From Antechinus flavipes (Eukaryota), in NCBI RefSeq assembly GCF_016432865.1, contig NC_067398.1, positions 83,452,001 through 83,516,000 on the forward strand: a stretch of 64,000 bases of DNA, given 5' to 3'. The position numbers and the translations under genes were made by a program. Of this stretch, positions 1 to 11,763 are shown piece after piece (within the stretch, counting starts at the first letter, position 1; every line of letters begins with the position of its first letter). The notes under the pieces were generated by a model. It saw only the letters and a list, made by a program, of their open reading frames with translations. It was not told the DNA's origin and searched no databases.

Positions 1-529
1 TTCTTTTCCCTAAAGCACAACTCTAACCATGTCATGTCCACTTCGATTCCATAAAATCCAGTAACTCCTTATTATGACTTCCTATTCCAGGATTAAATAT
101 TCAGTTCTTTGCCCTTCATAACCCGGCCCCTTTCTGTCATTCTAGGCTTCTTACATTTTATTTACCCCTCCGTGAATTCTGCAGTCCGGTCTCTTACTCT
201 TCCTTATACAGTCCATCTCCCATCTCCATGCTTTGAGGTTTGCTATCTCTTCTCACCCTTCTCCTGGCTTCCCTCAAATTCCTCCAGATCCCTATTGCTT
301 TCATCCCCACTTCCCAATTGCTAATAATGCCTTCCATCATTGATTGGCTTCCATCCACTATTCTGTATATATCCAGTACATATGCCCAATACATTCCCGA
401 TTGTTGTATGTTGTTCTTGGTTCCCAATATGCTATGTCCCCCATTAGAATGTGAATCCGAGGACATAAAGACAAATGTCCTAAGCTTGTAGCACAATGCC
501 TGGAGTGTAGTAGGGTTTTTTTTTTTTTT

Positions 530-740
530 AATTGTTGTAACAACAACATGTCTGACTTTTGGGGATCTCATTTGGAGTTTTCTTGGAAGAGATAATTCAC
601 CATGTCCTTCTCCAGCTTTTTTTACAGATGAGGAAATTGAGATAAACAGAGTTAAGTGATTTGCCTGGAGTCACATAGCTAGTAAGTGCCTGAATCTGAA
701 TTTGAATTCAAGTCTTTTTGACTCCAGAGTTGGCACATTG
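530..740 (-). mobile_element. MAR1-type CORE-SINE
   Basis: CORE (ttttacagatgaggaaattgag...aagtgatttgcc...tcacatagctagtaagtg) plus the MAR1 tail (gggatctcatttggagttttcttgg). Confidence 0.7.
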
Positions 741-1468
741 TAACACCTAGTATATGGTACCATTACATCACCATACTAAGTATATATATGAACTAAAGAA
801 GCATCATCTCATCAATTCCATTGAGTTAACACCTTGTTTCAAGTATACTTCTCCAGAGTTCCAGCCCTCTACACTTATTGACCATCCCCCAGCCTTCCTC
901 TTCACCAGTTCTCTTAACTCCCCTCTTTATTCCCTGGTACCTCTATTCTATGGCCCCCCAAATTCCTATCTCATCCCACTGATGCTCCAACCCTCTTTTC
1001 CCCAATCCAATCCTGTCTTTCATCCTCCTGTCCTCTTATTTCTTTATTCATGTCTCTATATTCTCTTGTTCTTTGACCCCATTCTCTTATCTCCCTGTTC
1101 CCCAGTCCCTGCAATCTTGATCCCTTTGGTCTGTTTTCCTGACTCTCTACCCTATCTTCCCCATCTCTCTCTATTATCTTTTATCAGTCAAGGCAAGGAC
1201 AGATTCCATACTTCACCCTCCATATGGCTTGACTTTGTGATATCTTAGCCTCGCCTTTTCCAAATTTAGGAACATCTCCCCAGTGGCTTGATTAGACAGA
1301 TATGGTATTATCCATTCTAGTTGCTGCCTAATCCCAGAGTTTCCCTCACAAACTGTGCTCTAGTGATTGTTTAATCTGGGAGCTCTTGAGTCACTTGTTG
1401 ACCTTGCCATGGTATCTCATCCTAGGACATCCAGTCTCTGAAATAGTGAATGTTTAACCTGAGAGTCT

Positions 1469-1472
<4 letters not shown>

Positions 1473-1512
<40 letters not shown>
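1473..1512. repeat. (GT)20 microsatellite
   Basis: Direct reading. Confidence 0.98.
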
Positions 1513-1514
<2 letters not shown>

Positions 1515-1619
1515 ATGGACATGAGCTCCCTTCTTGATCCTGAAAGCAGAAGTTAAAACCAACTCACCCACCACTGTTCTGTCACAACAGAATCTGATCT
1601 ACTGATTCCACTATGCACC

Positions 1620-4091
1620 ATGGCTCCAGGAGGCTTCATTTTTTTCATCTGTGCCCTTTTGCTGATCTATCCAGACCTAACTCAGGGTTCAGGCGGCCCT
1701 GTGCTGCCCAACGTCCCCTTTGTTGCAATCTGGAATGCCAACACCTATTTGTGCCAACAGAAATTTCAGGTGAACATCAGCCTGGACACCTTCCATGTGA
1801 TAACCAATCCAAACCAGGTCTTTAAGGGACCAAACATGACCATCTTCTATAGCAATGAGCTGGGCCTTTATCCGTGGTATACACCCACTGGGCAGCCTAT
1901 CAATGGGGGCTTACCTCAGAATGCCAATTTTGGTGCCCACATGGCCAATTCCTATAACGACATCTTGACCACTTTGCCTGAACCTGACTTCAAGGGGGTT
2001 GTAGTCATTGATTGGGAAGAATGGCGCCCCATTTGGAGCATGAATTGGGACTCAAAGAAAATATATCAGAAGCATTCTCTAGATTTGGTAAGAGAAAAGC
2101 ACCCAGACTGGTGCCCACAGCACATAAAGGAGGTGGCTAAGAAAGAATTTGAGGAGGCTGCCAGGCGCTGGATGGCTGGTACCTTACAGCTGGGGAAGCT
2201 CCTGCGACCCAGGGGACTTTGGGGCTACTATGGTTTCCCAGATTGCTACAATCACAACTTCCAGAAGCCCAACTACACAGGGAAATGCCATAAAAAGATC
2301 CAGGTCTTGAATGATCAATTATCTTGGTTGTGGGAGCAGAGCCGAACCCTCTACCCTAGCATCTACCTTCCCTTGGAGCTGGCCAACACAGGGAAGTCAC
2401 TGCTATTTGTCCGTGGGAGGCTACAAGAGGCCTTCCGAGTGGAAGAGAGGACTGCAAATCCTGGCCGGCCCATCTTGCCCTATGTGCAGATTTTTTATGG
2501 GAAGACAGATCGTTTCCTTCCCTTGGTGAGCACCTCCCTCTAGTCCCTTCTCCTCCTAAGCTTTCATTCTCCGTTGACTAGAGTCAGACCAGACGTAGCT
2601 CAAAGCCTTTACCCATACTCTGAGTGCCAAGCTAGACCCAGGACCCTCCCCAGGGTTGTCCATTTCTACCGTGAGTCTTCTGGGGATGGTTTTCTTTCTT
2701 GGTGTCAGCCCAGACTTCAAGGAATTGGGGTTCTCTTTCCCAATTTGTAGATCACTCTCCCGACACCTGGCATACTCATTGGTGGGCAGCTCCCTGCCCC
2801 ACTGAAGCATTGTGGTATAGTTGAAAGTGTTTGATGCAGTCAGAAGCCCTGGGTTTGAATCCTGCACTCTGATATGAGTGACCTTGGACAGGACACTTAA
2901 TAGTTTATTCTCCTGCTAAATGAGTGTGATAGATCTTCACAGTGTTTACAGGGGAGATCTTTTGGGAAGAAAGCACTTTATAAACCTTAAACTAGAGGAA
3001 ATCAAACTATTATGTTGAACACTTTCTCCACTGTTAGGAATAGTCCCTTCAGGTTTGAGGAGGATGGCATGTCCCTTTGTCCCTTCATGCATTGGGGGAA
3101 GGATAAGATGTTAATACTCTCACAAAGGCATTTTCTATTCCTCTCTCCATTTCACCCCCTTCCCCAGGAGGAGTTGGAGAATACCATTGGGGAGAGTTTG
3201 GCCCAGGGGACAGATGGCATTGTTGTATGGATGAGTGGAGAACACGAGCACACCAAGGTGAGTGAGCCAGAGGACTCAGAGTCACATGTGGACAATGGAG
3301 TAGCAGAAATGCACATTATAAAAGAGAGGAAAAGGCATTACCCAATTGGGTATGCAAGTAAAAAATTTTGAAAACTAGTAAATTAAAAAACCCCAATTAA
3401 ATATCAAAATAGAAATCCTAAAAATCAAGGAAGAGATTAACAAAATTGAAAGCAAAAGAACCCATTGGATTAATAAATAAAATTGCCTGCTTAAAAAAAA
3501 AAACCCAGTTTTTAATTTTTAAAAGTACAAAACCAAATTACCAGTATCAAAAATGAAAAAGATAAATTCATAACCTATGAAGAAATAAAAGTCATTATTA
3601 TATTTTCTGATGCCAGGAAAAGCTAATGTGGGCTCTATTCCTAGGGGTGTCCAGATGAGATCAGCCTTGAACCTCCCTGGTGCCTCTCGTTGTACCCATG
3701 CAAAACTAGCATAGAAAATGTTCCTGGAGGTGCCTGGGTGAGTCTGGTACTAAGGCTGTCTGCTTTCTGCCCCCAGGAATCCTGCCAGGCCATTAAGGAT
3801 TACGTGGACACCACCCTTGGACCCTTCATTCTGAATGTAACCAGCAGTGCCCTCCTCTGCAGTGAAGCGCTGTGCTCAGGGAATGGCAGATGTGCCCGGC
3901 GACAATATCACCCCCAGACCTTCCTTTTCCTCAGTCCAGACAGCTTTTCTATTCATCGACAGCCAGACACTGGGCGCTTGAGCCTGAAAGGTTTCTTGGC
4001 AGACGAAGCCTTGACCAAGATGAAAACAGAATTTAAGTGTCGCTGCTATCCAGGCTGGGTTGGGGAGCACTGTGAGAAGGACAGCCCTTGA
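1620..4091 (+). CDS. HYAL1: Hyaluronidase-1 (GH56), 3 coding exons, 436 aa
   Basis: Exons 1620-2525, 3168-3257 and 3777-4091, all GT-AG and phase 0. ATG is in ACCATGG context. Signal peptide, catalytic IDWEEWRP, YYGFPDCY, LYPSIY and the C-terminal EGF-like domain (CSEALCSGNGRC...CRCYPGWVGEHC) are present. The 90-nt middle exon and synteny match HYAL1. Confidence 0.96.
3375..3600 (+). mobile_element. Decayed L1 ORF2 fragment in the last HYAL1 intron
   Basis: A-rich. Translates to KIKEEINKIESKR and QITSIKNEKDKF, resembling the L1 ORF2 region after the endonuclease domain. Confidence 0.6.
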
Positions 4092-5204
4092 CTCCTCTAA
4101 AGAAATATTGCCTTGCATGGGAAGAAGAGAAGAGCTGAAAGGGTCTCTTGATGCCCTCCTTTGCAGTCCTGGTCTAAATCTGGGGGGAGACAGTTTCCCC
4201 TCTATAACTGTTCTGTCACTGCCTCCCACCCTTCAGTGATTATCACTCTGCTGTGTGATCTTAAATAACTTATTCCATCTTTCTGAATCTTGGTTCTCCA
4301 TCAAAGGGAGGTAACAGGACTTTAGTGGGGTGTTTGGAAGAAAATGCTTTATAAATCACTGTAAAAAGGAGAACAATGTTATTCCATGGAACACTATTAT
4401 AAATTACATTGGGGGAAAGTCTCTCATACTTCATGATGGTTTTGTCTCTGGGTCAGACTTTTCCTATTGGGGTAAAAGACTGGGAAGGAGAATAGACCAT
4501 TGTCTGGGGTTATTGGGGTGAGAGGTGGCCTGGGATAGTGAACTTCTTGTATCCTGCTTTCTAGAGCTTCCAAGCTGGGGTAACAAAATGTACCATGCTT
4601 TCTAGAGTCCCCACACCAGGGTGATTAAAATATTGTGTCCTGCTTTCTAGAGCCTCCAAATTGGGATGATTAAAACCTACTGTCTTAGTGGAGAAGTGAT
4701 GAGGCAGGACTCCTGAGGATGATGGAAATATGGAGTCCGTTTATTCCCAGTTCTTTCACCCTTGTATACTTCATATCCTTATGTAGCCAAAACAACACTG
4801 GGCATGTGCTAAGTATATACTGTGCACGTGGGATCACATAAACAACTTGCTATTGTACATAATTTGCCACTGGTATCACTCTGCTTCAATCACAACACAG
4901 GTTGTCACTGCCCCCGACTTCTCAGAAAGGTCAAGAATCCTGAGGAGAGATGGGGAGCCGAACCAGACATTGTTAGCAGGTTCCCTCTGGGCTGAAGAAT
5001 CTTATACCTCACCCAGAGTTCCCCTACTGTATTCACCCTCTACATGCATTTATATGCAAATATTTCTATTCAGTGACAAAATCAATAATTTTATCCACCT
5101 ATGCAATTCTTTGCTGAATATTTTTTAAAAATGAACAATTGAAGGACAGCAGTTTCTCCCAGGACTATTTCTAGCTGAACTCCACTGAACAAGATGAGAA
5201 TGAT

Positions 5205-5685
5205 TTTTCTTTCTTTTCCTTTAATGATTTTATTTTTCCAAATATGTGCAAAGATAGTTTACAACATTCACCTTTGCAAAACCCTGTGTTACAAATTTTT
5301 CTCCCTCTCTTCCTTCTACCCTTCCCAAGATAGCAAGCAATCTGATATAGGTTAAAAGAATATAATTCTTTTAAAGATGTTCATATTTGTCATGCCGAGG
5401 GGAAAAAAAAAAACAACAAAAACAACAAACAACAAAAAAAGTGAAAATACTTGTGTTTTGATCCACATTCAGTCTCCATAATCCTCTGAATGCAAATAGC
5501 TCTTTCCATCACAAATCTATTGAAACTGATTTGAATCACTTCATTGTTGAAAAGAACAAGTCTATTACAGTTGTTCATCATGTAATCTTGTTGCTGTGTA
5601 CAATGTTCTTGCTTCTGTTCACTTCACTTAGCATCAGTTTATGTAACTCTTTCCAGGATTTTTTGAAATCAGTCTGCTCATCATG
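5205..5685 (-). mobile_element. Marsupial L1 3' end fragment
   Basis: ttttatttttccaaatatgtgcaaagatagttt..aacattcacctttgcaaa; the same element recurs four times at 13-16 kb. Confidence 0.65.
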
Positions 5686-6599
5686 AAAACGATAAAGAGA
5701 TGATCAGGGAAGAAAGCTATTGGTCTTAAGAATCTGAGTTCCCTTTTCCTTCCAGGTGAGTTTCTTTGTCATCAAGTCCAGAGCTTCAGGGCTGCTGAGA
5801 GTGATCCTTTATCTCCAGATCCAGAGAGGGCAGTCAATAAACGGTGACTCCAATTCCCTGGAGGGCTCAGAAATTAATAATGTCGTTCTATACACACATG
5901 TGTCCTGATAATAGCTGATGTTCCTAGAGCTCAAAGATATGTATTTTATTTTGTGTGAGGAAGAAAATAAGTTATATATAAGCCTAAATTCACAGAAGTA
6001 CAAAATCTAGGGTGAAACTGGAACTCAGATCTTGTGACTCCAGTCCACCAAATTACTGCTCTCAATTGCCACTCATTATGGGCACACACGAGGGCATGAA
6101 CCCATTGGAGGAAGGCCAGCCAATTAATGTTAAGTGCCTTCAGGTGCCAACAGCTGATCCTTATCAACGCTGAAGCTTGGGATTTTCTGTAGCCCCCGGG
6201 GGTGTAGACTTTTATGCGTGTGCTCAGGAGTTAACCCTGGGCGTAAAGGATTCCTTTTGTTTTTACATCCCTTTCACGTCTGAGTATTTTTCTCCTCTCT
6301 TTCCCCCAAGGAGACATCTTTTAAAGCAAGGAATAAAGAAAGGGAAAAAATCATTCAGCATAACTAGCAAACACATGAGCCCATTCCGATAGCGTGTGCT
6401 GCGTTCTGTCCCCATATTCCACTCTTCTGCAAAAAAAAGGGGGAGGTAGTTTTTTTAACCCCTTCAGGACCCAGCAGGATTGTTCTAATTAGTGTATGGA
6501 TTTATACGGAAGGGCAAGCAATCACTGAGAGCCGGCCTGGGAACGGGGGACCCCTCCTTCGCGTGACATGTGTTAGCTCCGTGAGCCCAGGAAAGTCAC

Positions 6600-7260
6600 T
6601 CCACGCTGAGGTAGGGCACGTGTGCACATACCGGGGCGGGGTGCACGCACACTAATGCAGGGGACGTGCTCACACACGTGCGCACCCACCAGACCGGGCA
6701 CTGCCTCGTGAAGCGGGCTCCACCCCCAGCGGCCCGCTGCCCAATCGGGCCCCGGCTCGGGGCAAAGGACCAGGCTCCCCCCAAGGGCGGTGGCGAGCAG
6801 CAGCTGCTGTGTGTCCTCCTCACCGCTGGGGGGGGAGCGCGGGGCCGGCAGCGGCGGAGCACGGATCCCGGCGGGGAAGCTTCGGCAGCCGCGGAAGAAC
6901 CAGAAGCTGGGGAGCAACATGTTAGTATCACGCCCCGCCCCGCCCCGCTCCCTACCCCGCTCCCCTCTTGCTTCCCCCCCAAGCCTGACTTCACCGCTTG
7001 CATGCTGGTCCTGTGTCGGTGTGTCCGGCTGCTCGCCGTCCCCTAGAGTCTGGCTGGGAATGCTCCCCCACTTGTGTCCATGTGTCCTGCTGCACCCCTG
7101 CCCCTCCTGTCCCTGTGTCTGTCCGTCCCCTCGCGGCCGGCCGGGCGCCCTCCCTCCCTTTCTGTCCTTGTGTCCTGCTGGGCCCCTCTCTTCCCGTCCG
7201 TGTGCCCGCCGTCCCCTCCAGTCGGGCGGGGCACCCTTCTCCCCTTCTGCCCAGGTGTCC
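6600..7260 (+). promoter_or_regulatory. CpG-island promoter, probably shared by NAA80 and HYAL3
   Basis: CpG-dense. E-boxes CACGTG at 6617-6622 and 6675-6680, GC box at 6633-6641, CCAAT at 6741-6745. Candidate non-coding exon-1 donor GTTAGT at 6921. The shared first exon is inferred from the human locus. Confidence 0.75.
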
Positions 7261-9529
7261 GGCTGGGCGCCCTTCCCTCTTATTCGTGTGTCCGTCCGGG
7301 CACTGTGTGTCAGCCCTTGTCTTGGGGTCCTTTACCATTAGAAGGGACCCTGAGAGCTTCCCTACAACAGAGCTTCTTTCCTTCAGGGAAGTCACGACCC
7401 AGATTCCCCGTTTTATAAAGGGGGAAACTGAGGCATAGTAGGGTTAGAAGGGGGCTGGGTACTATTTCACAGGGAAGACCAACGCCCCTTTCCCTCCCTG
7501 CTCCCTCCCCCCCAAATCTTAGACAGGTTTTGATAGGAACTTGTAGGGGAGGGGGGAAGAAGAGGGAGATTAGTCAAAAGCAGGACAGGGATAATTGTTT
7601 CTTAGCACCCCCACTTCCACCCCGAGAACTGCAGGGGTTAAGTGTGCCTGGGTTACCCCCATCCTTGTGGGGACAGGAAACAGATAAAGCTTCCTTCTTC
7701 AAGAAAGGGTTTAAACTGAGCAGAGGAGCAGGCACTGGTCCCTGGAGGCAGCGGGCAAGGTAGCCCCCTTTTCTTCCTCTGAATCTCTTCCCTCCCTTGG
7801 TTTGACTCCTTTTCTGCAAAGAGGGTAGGTATTTAAGAAAGATGGTGGGGAAGCAGAGGAGAGAATGGTAGTGGTATATTGTGGAAAGAGCTCTGAGCTA
7901 GGAGTCTGGAGGCTTGGTTTAAGGTTCCAGCTCAGCTATGAACTGACCCTTCATATGTGAACTGGTTTAAGTCATCCCCCTGGGCCTCAGTTTTCCCATC
8001 TGTAAAATGGGAGTGTTGAAAGGGCCAATTTCTAGAATCTGTTTTATCTCTGATGTTCAGTGATTCTTTGAACTTAGAAATTCTGAAACTGGGGTCATTG
8101 TTGTGATGTGATCTATGGTGTGGGGTTTGTCACCAAATGATGGAAGGTATCATAAGTTGGGGTTCGGTCTTGTGAAGAATTCATAATGGCCATTCTCTTT
8201 GGTAAAAGATTTATTTAGAGAAGAGGTTACAGACAAAATGAAGAGATACAATAGACACTGGGAATGTGAAATATGAAAAGGAGTGGGACAGCACATGAAA
8301 GACAAGTTCTTTCCAGTAGACCCCTCGAGGTTGGGGCATGCCCTTAGCTGGCAGGCTAAGAAAGGCACTTAGCACCCTAAAAGAGTTAACTACAAAGAGG
8401 AGAAATGGGGTTGAGAAGCATAGTGGAGTTAGGGGAAATATCACAGGGAATGAGGTGGATGGGATAAAGAGAAAGACACCATGAAACAGAGACAGAGCCT
8501 GATGTAGTGGACTGAGCCAAAGGAAGACAGCAAAGTCATGTGCCATAAATTATTTTATAGGAAAAATTTAGCCCCCGGGTCTTAACTTAACTTGGATTTC
8601 TAACTGGATTACCTTTAGAGGGTGAGATTGATCTCAGGCTCTTATCAGAGCCTTCTTCCTGCTTGCCTGAGGATTAATTTTTATCAATTGTTCTGCTAAC
8701 CACATTGAAGACTTCATCAGTTGATCTAGTGGTTTGATAAGAAGTGTGAACAGACCTTTCTGTAGGAGTTCTCACATTAACCATCTTCCTCCTGGGTTAT
8801 AAATTTCTAGACTAGGGAGGAGGCAGAGGAAATTGATTTTCTTTTCCTCCTACTCCCAGACCTTGAGTCAAGGGAAATCATGATTTGGGAGGCCCTGATG
8901 GAGGAGAGCCAGCCGTTGGGACCCAGTCTGTGTGGGAAGGAAGCGGGAGTCCTTATCTGTGTAGCTCTGCAATCTCCTGGAGAAAAGCAGAAGTCAGCCT
9001 GAAGATGAGCCATGCTTTGCCCCTCAGAAAGGAAGAGACTAGGCTTCTGTTCCAGCTTTCCCCCTACCCTTCCCCCCAAACGGCTGAAGGGGCTCTCATC
9101 TACCTAATCTGTCTCCCCTTCACTTGGGACCTCCACTTTTCTGGGAGGCCTGTTTTCCCTCTTGATGGAGGTTAGTGGAGGCCTGAGATTCTTGTATCCA
9201 GTGTCCATTTTCTCCTTCCTTCCTCCTATGAGCTGAAGCAGGGGTGGGGAATGAGGATTTGAGGATTTCTATTTAGGGCTTGGGGAATCTGTCCCCATTG
9301 TTGGTTAACAGCTGGTCCAAGAGAAGGGTTTCCTCTTCTCTAACAAAATCAGCGGAACAACACAAATAATCCCAAACCCACAGAGAATCCAAAAATAACT
9401 TTGATTTTGATCTTTGGGGGAGCTTATACGAGACTAGTGTCAGTTTTCCTTCCCTGAACTGAGTTCATACTGGGGGGGGGGGGGGGGGGAAGCTACACTA
9501 GAGATCCAGGAGAGACCAGACCATAAAAG

Positions 9530-9800
9530 GATTGGTTGAAGGAAGGAGGGGGTGGGTATTTTCCATGGACTAGAGAACTGGGGAATCCTGGAAGAAGCCG
9601 TAGTAAGATCTCTATCTTCAACTATCTGAAGGGTTGGCCAACAGAAAAAAAAAGATTAATTTCTCTATCCCGTGAGGGCAGAATTAAAAGCCCCTGGGGG
9701 GTTGGGAAGTTGCAGATTTAGGTATAATTTAATAAAGACCAAACTTCCTAGTAATAGCTGTCCAGGAGATAGTGAGCTCTCTATCATCACTGGAGCTCTC
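9530..9800 (+). mobile_element. L3/CR1 LINE 3' fragment
   Basis: atctctatcttcaactatctgaagggttggcc...gagggcagaatt...gtgagctctctatcatcactggag, resembling the L3 3' consensus. Confidence 0.55.
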
Positions 9801-10003
9801 CTAGTTAGTGAAAGACTCGGTTTGGGATGCTGCAGAGGGCATTCTTGTTGGGGGTGGATTTGTAATAGATGATCCTTGAGATACCATCAAGTCCTGACCC
9901 ACTGGGATCTGTGAAGTCAGCTCTGGATGCTCCACAGGAGGAGAATGGAGGATTGGTCGTAGACCTCGAGGGAAAGCCGCAGTAGCTCCCGACCAGCAGC
10001 TGG

Positions 10004-10759
10004 ATGATGGCCTCTTTGGCCCCGTTGGCTACAAGCCCTGGCCTCGAAGAACTGACCCTGGAGCCCGCCCACCTGCGTCCAGAGCTCCTGGATGCCTGTG
10101 CTGACCTCATCAACCAGGAGTGGCCCCGGAGTCGAGCCTCACGCCTGCACTCCCTGGGACAGTCCTCGGATGCCTTTCCCCTATGCCTGGCCCTGCTGGG
10201 GCCACCTCCTGCCCCTGGAGCCTTGCCCATGGTCCTGGGCCATTCCCGCCTCTCCAGAGTCGTTGCCCATGATCACAGCCTATTGGTTGAAACGGTGGTT
10301 GTGGCCCGGGCCCTTCGTGGTCAGGGGTTTGGCCGACGCCTCATGGAGGCCACCGAGGCCTTTGCCAAGGCCCGGGGCTTTCGTCGGCTGCACCTGACCA
10401 CCCACGACAAGCAGCATTTCTATGCCCACCTGGGCTATGAGCTTGGGGAGCCAGTGCAAGGCATCACCTTCCGTAGCTCATTGTCTGCTGCTATCCTCCA
10501 GGCCTTCGCCCAGCCTGCCAACCTCCCAGAACCTAAAGCCCCCAGCCCCTGCAGGGAGACTGTGGGGGCCCCCTCTACTTCTGACTCCCACGCTAGGCCC
10601 CATCTGCCCCCTGCACCACCACCCCCTCCTCCTTTACCTGCTCCCCTTCTCAGCTCTCCAGCACTCTCCCCCATAGACTCCCCCGAGCAGAGCCTTGTGG
10701 AAACCCCATACAGGGACATCCGGGGCCGCCCCATATTTTGGATGACAAAGGAGATCTGA
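10004..10759 (+). CDS. NAA80: N-alpha-acetyltransferase 80 (actin N-terminal acetyltransferase, NAT6/FUS2), single coding exon, 251 aa
   Basis: GNAT fold with ELLDACADLINQEWPRS, acetyl-CoA motif RGQGFG, LTTHDKQHFY, a polyproline profilin-binding loop and C-terminal GRPIFWMTKEI. In-frame stop at 9983-9985 upstream. Confidence 0.96.
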   Translation: MMASLAPLATSPGLEELTLEPAHLRPELLDACADLINQEWPRSRASRLHSLGQSSDAFPLCLALLGPPPAPGALPMVLGHSRLSRVVAHDHSLLVETVVVARALRGQGFGRRLMEATEAFAKARGFRRLHLTTHDKQHFYAHLGYELGEPVQGITFRSSLSAAILQAFAQPANLPEPKAPSPCRETVGAPSTSDSHARPHLPPAPPPPPPLPAPLLSSPALSPIDSPEQSLVETPYRDIRGRPIFWMTKEI

Positions 10760-11406
10760 TGGGGATGACTTAAGGGCCTTTCAGCTGAGGACAGAAGGAA
10801 GGCCAGAGTGCAGGGGAGTATTGTAAAGACTGATCTGGGGATCCCTGAGAAGTCTGCCCTGAAATCTCCAGTGCCTGAAGCCTGCTTTCTTGGGGGTACT
10901 GACAACCCAGCTGTCAGTGCTGCTCCCCCCGGTGAAGGCAGAAGATGGGATATCAGCCAGCCCCAGTCCATTTTTCTTTGGCATTTCTTTTTTGGGGAAG
11001 GAGAAGAACTAGGGGGTGCCAATCTCAGAGTGCCAAAAACCCACCCAGCAGAGAAAGTGAAGGCTGAGAGGTCACCAGAGGTCTGTAGCACACTTTAAGG
11101 TTTACACAACACCTCCCCACAATGCTCCTGTGAGGGAGGTTCTGCACATTTGTATTACTGTCCTCATTGCTTAAGGGGGAAACTGGGTCCTAGAGTGGCA
11201 AAGCTGGGATTCCATCCCAGCTTCTCTTTCCCAATCCCAGCTTTCTGCGATACCTCAGACACTGTGCCAGTTGTCTTGCAGATTCTGAACTCAGTGATTG
11301 TGTTGTATCTGAACTGTGGACAGAAGTCTCTGTATGCAGTAGTAGGTGCTCAATAAGTGTTCATTATTACATTGTTCAGCAGCATGACTGTGTGTGAACA
11401 GCAGCA

Positions 11407-11412
11407 AATAAA
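11407..11412 (+). terminator. Candidate polyadenylation signal of NAA80
   Basis: AATAAA about 650 nt after the NAA80 stop and before the HYAL3 acceptor at 11740. Confidence 0.5.
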
Positions 11413-11605
11413 GCAGCCCCATCATGGGGACCACATGGCTCTCCTTTGTATTTATTTCTCCTTATTCCCCTCTTCTTCTGGCTTCAGTCCTTCAGCATTC
11501 TCCTTGCCCTTCCCAGGAAGCTTAGTTTAACATCAGCCTTTTCTGGTCCACCCACAGGTTCAGTGAGAGGGATGGAAGGGAAGATCAGTAAGGATGGGAG
11601 TTGGG

Positions 11606-11607
<2 letters not shown>

Positions 11608-11648
<41 letters not shown>

Positions 11649-11667
11649 AGACAGACAGACAGACAGA
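11608..11667. repeat. (GT)20(CAGA)5 compound microsatellite
   Basis: Direct reading. Confidence 0.97.
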
Positions 11668-11763
11668 CACTATGATCCTTCCTCACACCCAGAACTCCTG
11701 TGCTTCTGCCCCTCACTCCAGTCTCCTCTTTCCCCTACAGGTCTCTCCTTGCTGGGCCCAACT

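Noticed and set aside
4552-4680. Heat-shock elements
   Set aside because: TTCTAGAG lacks the third nGAAn unit needed for a canonical HSE.
9805-11091. Antisense ORFs of 141 and 218 aa over NAA80
   Set aside because: They are shadow frames of GC-rich coding sequence with no recognisable features.
11446-11763. 106-codon N-terminal extension of HYAL3 in the ORF track
   Set aside because: It runs through the GT/CAGA microsatellite and a clear acceptor at 11740, so it is intronic.
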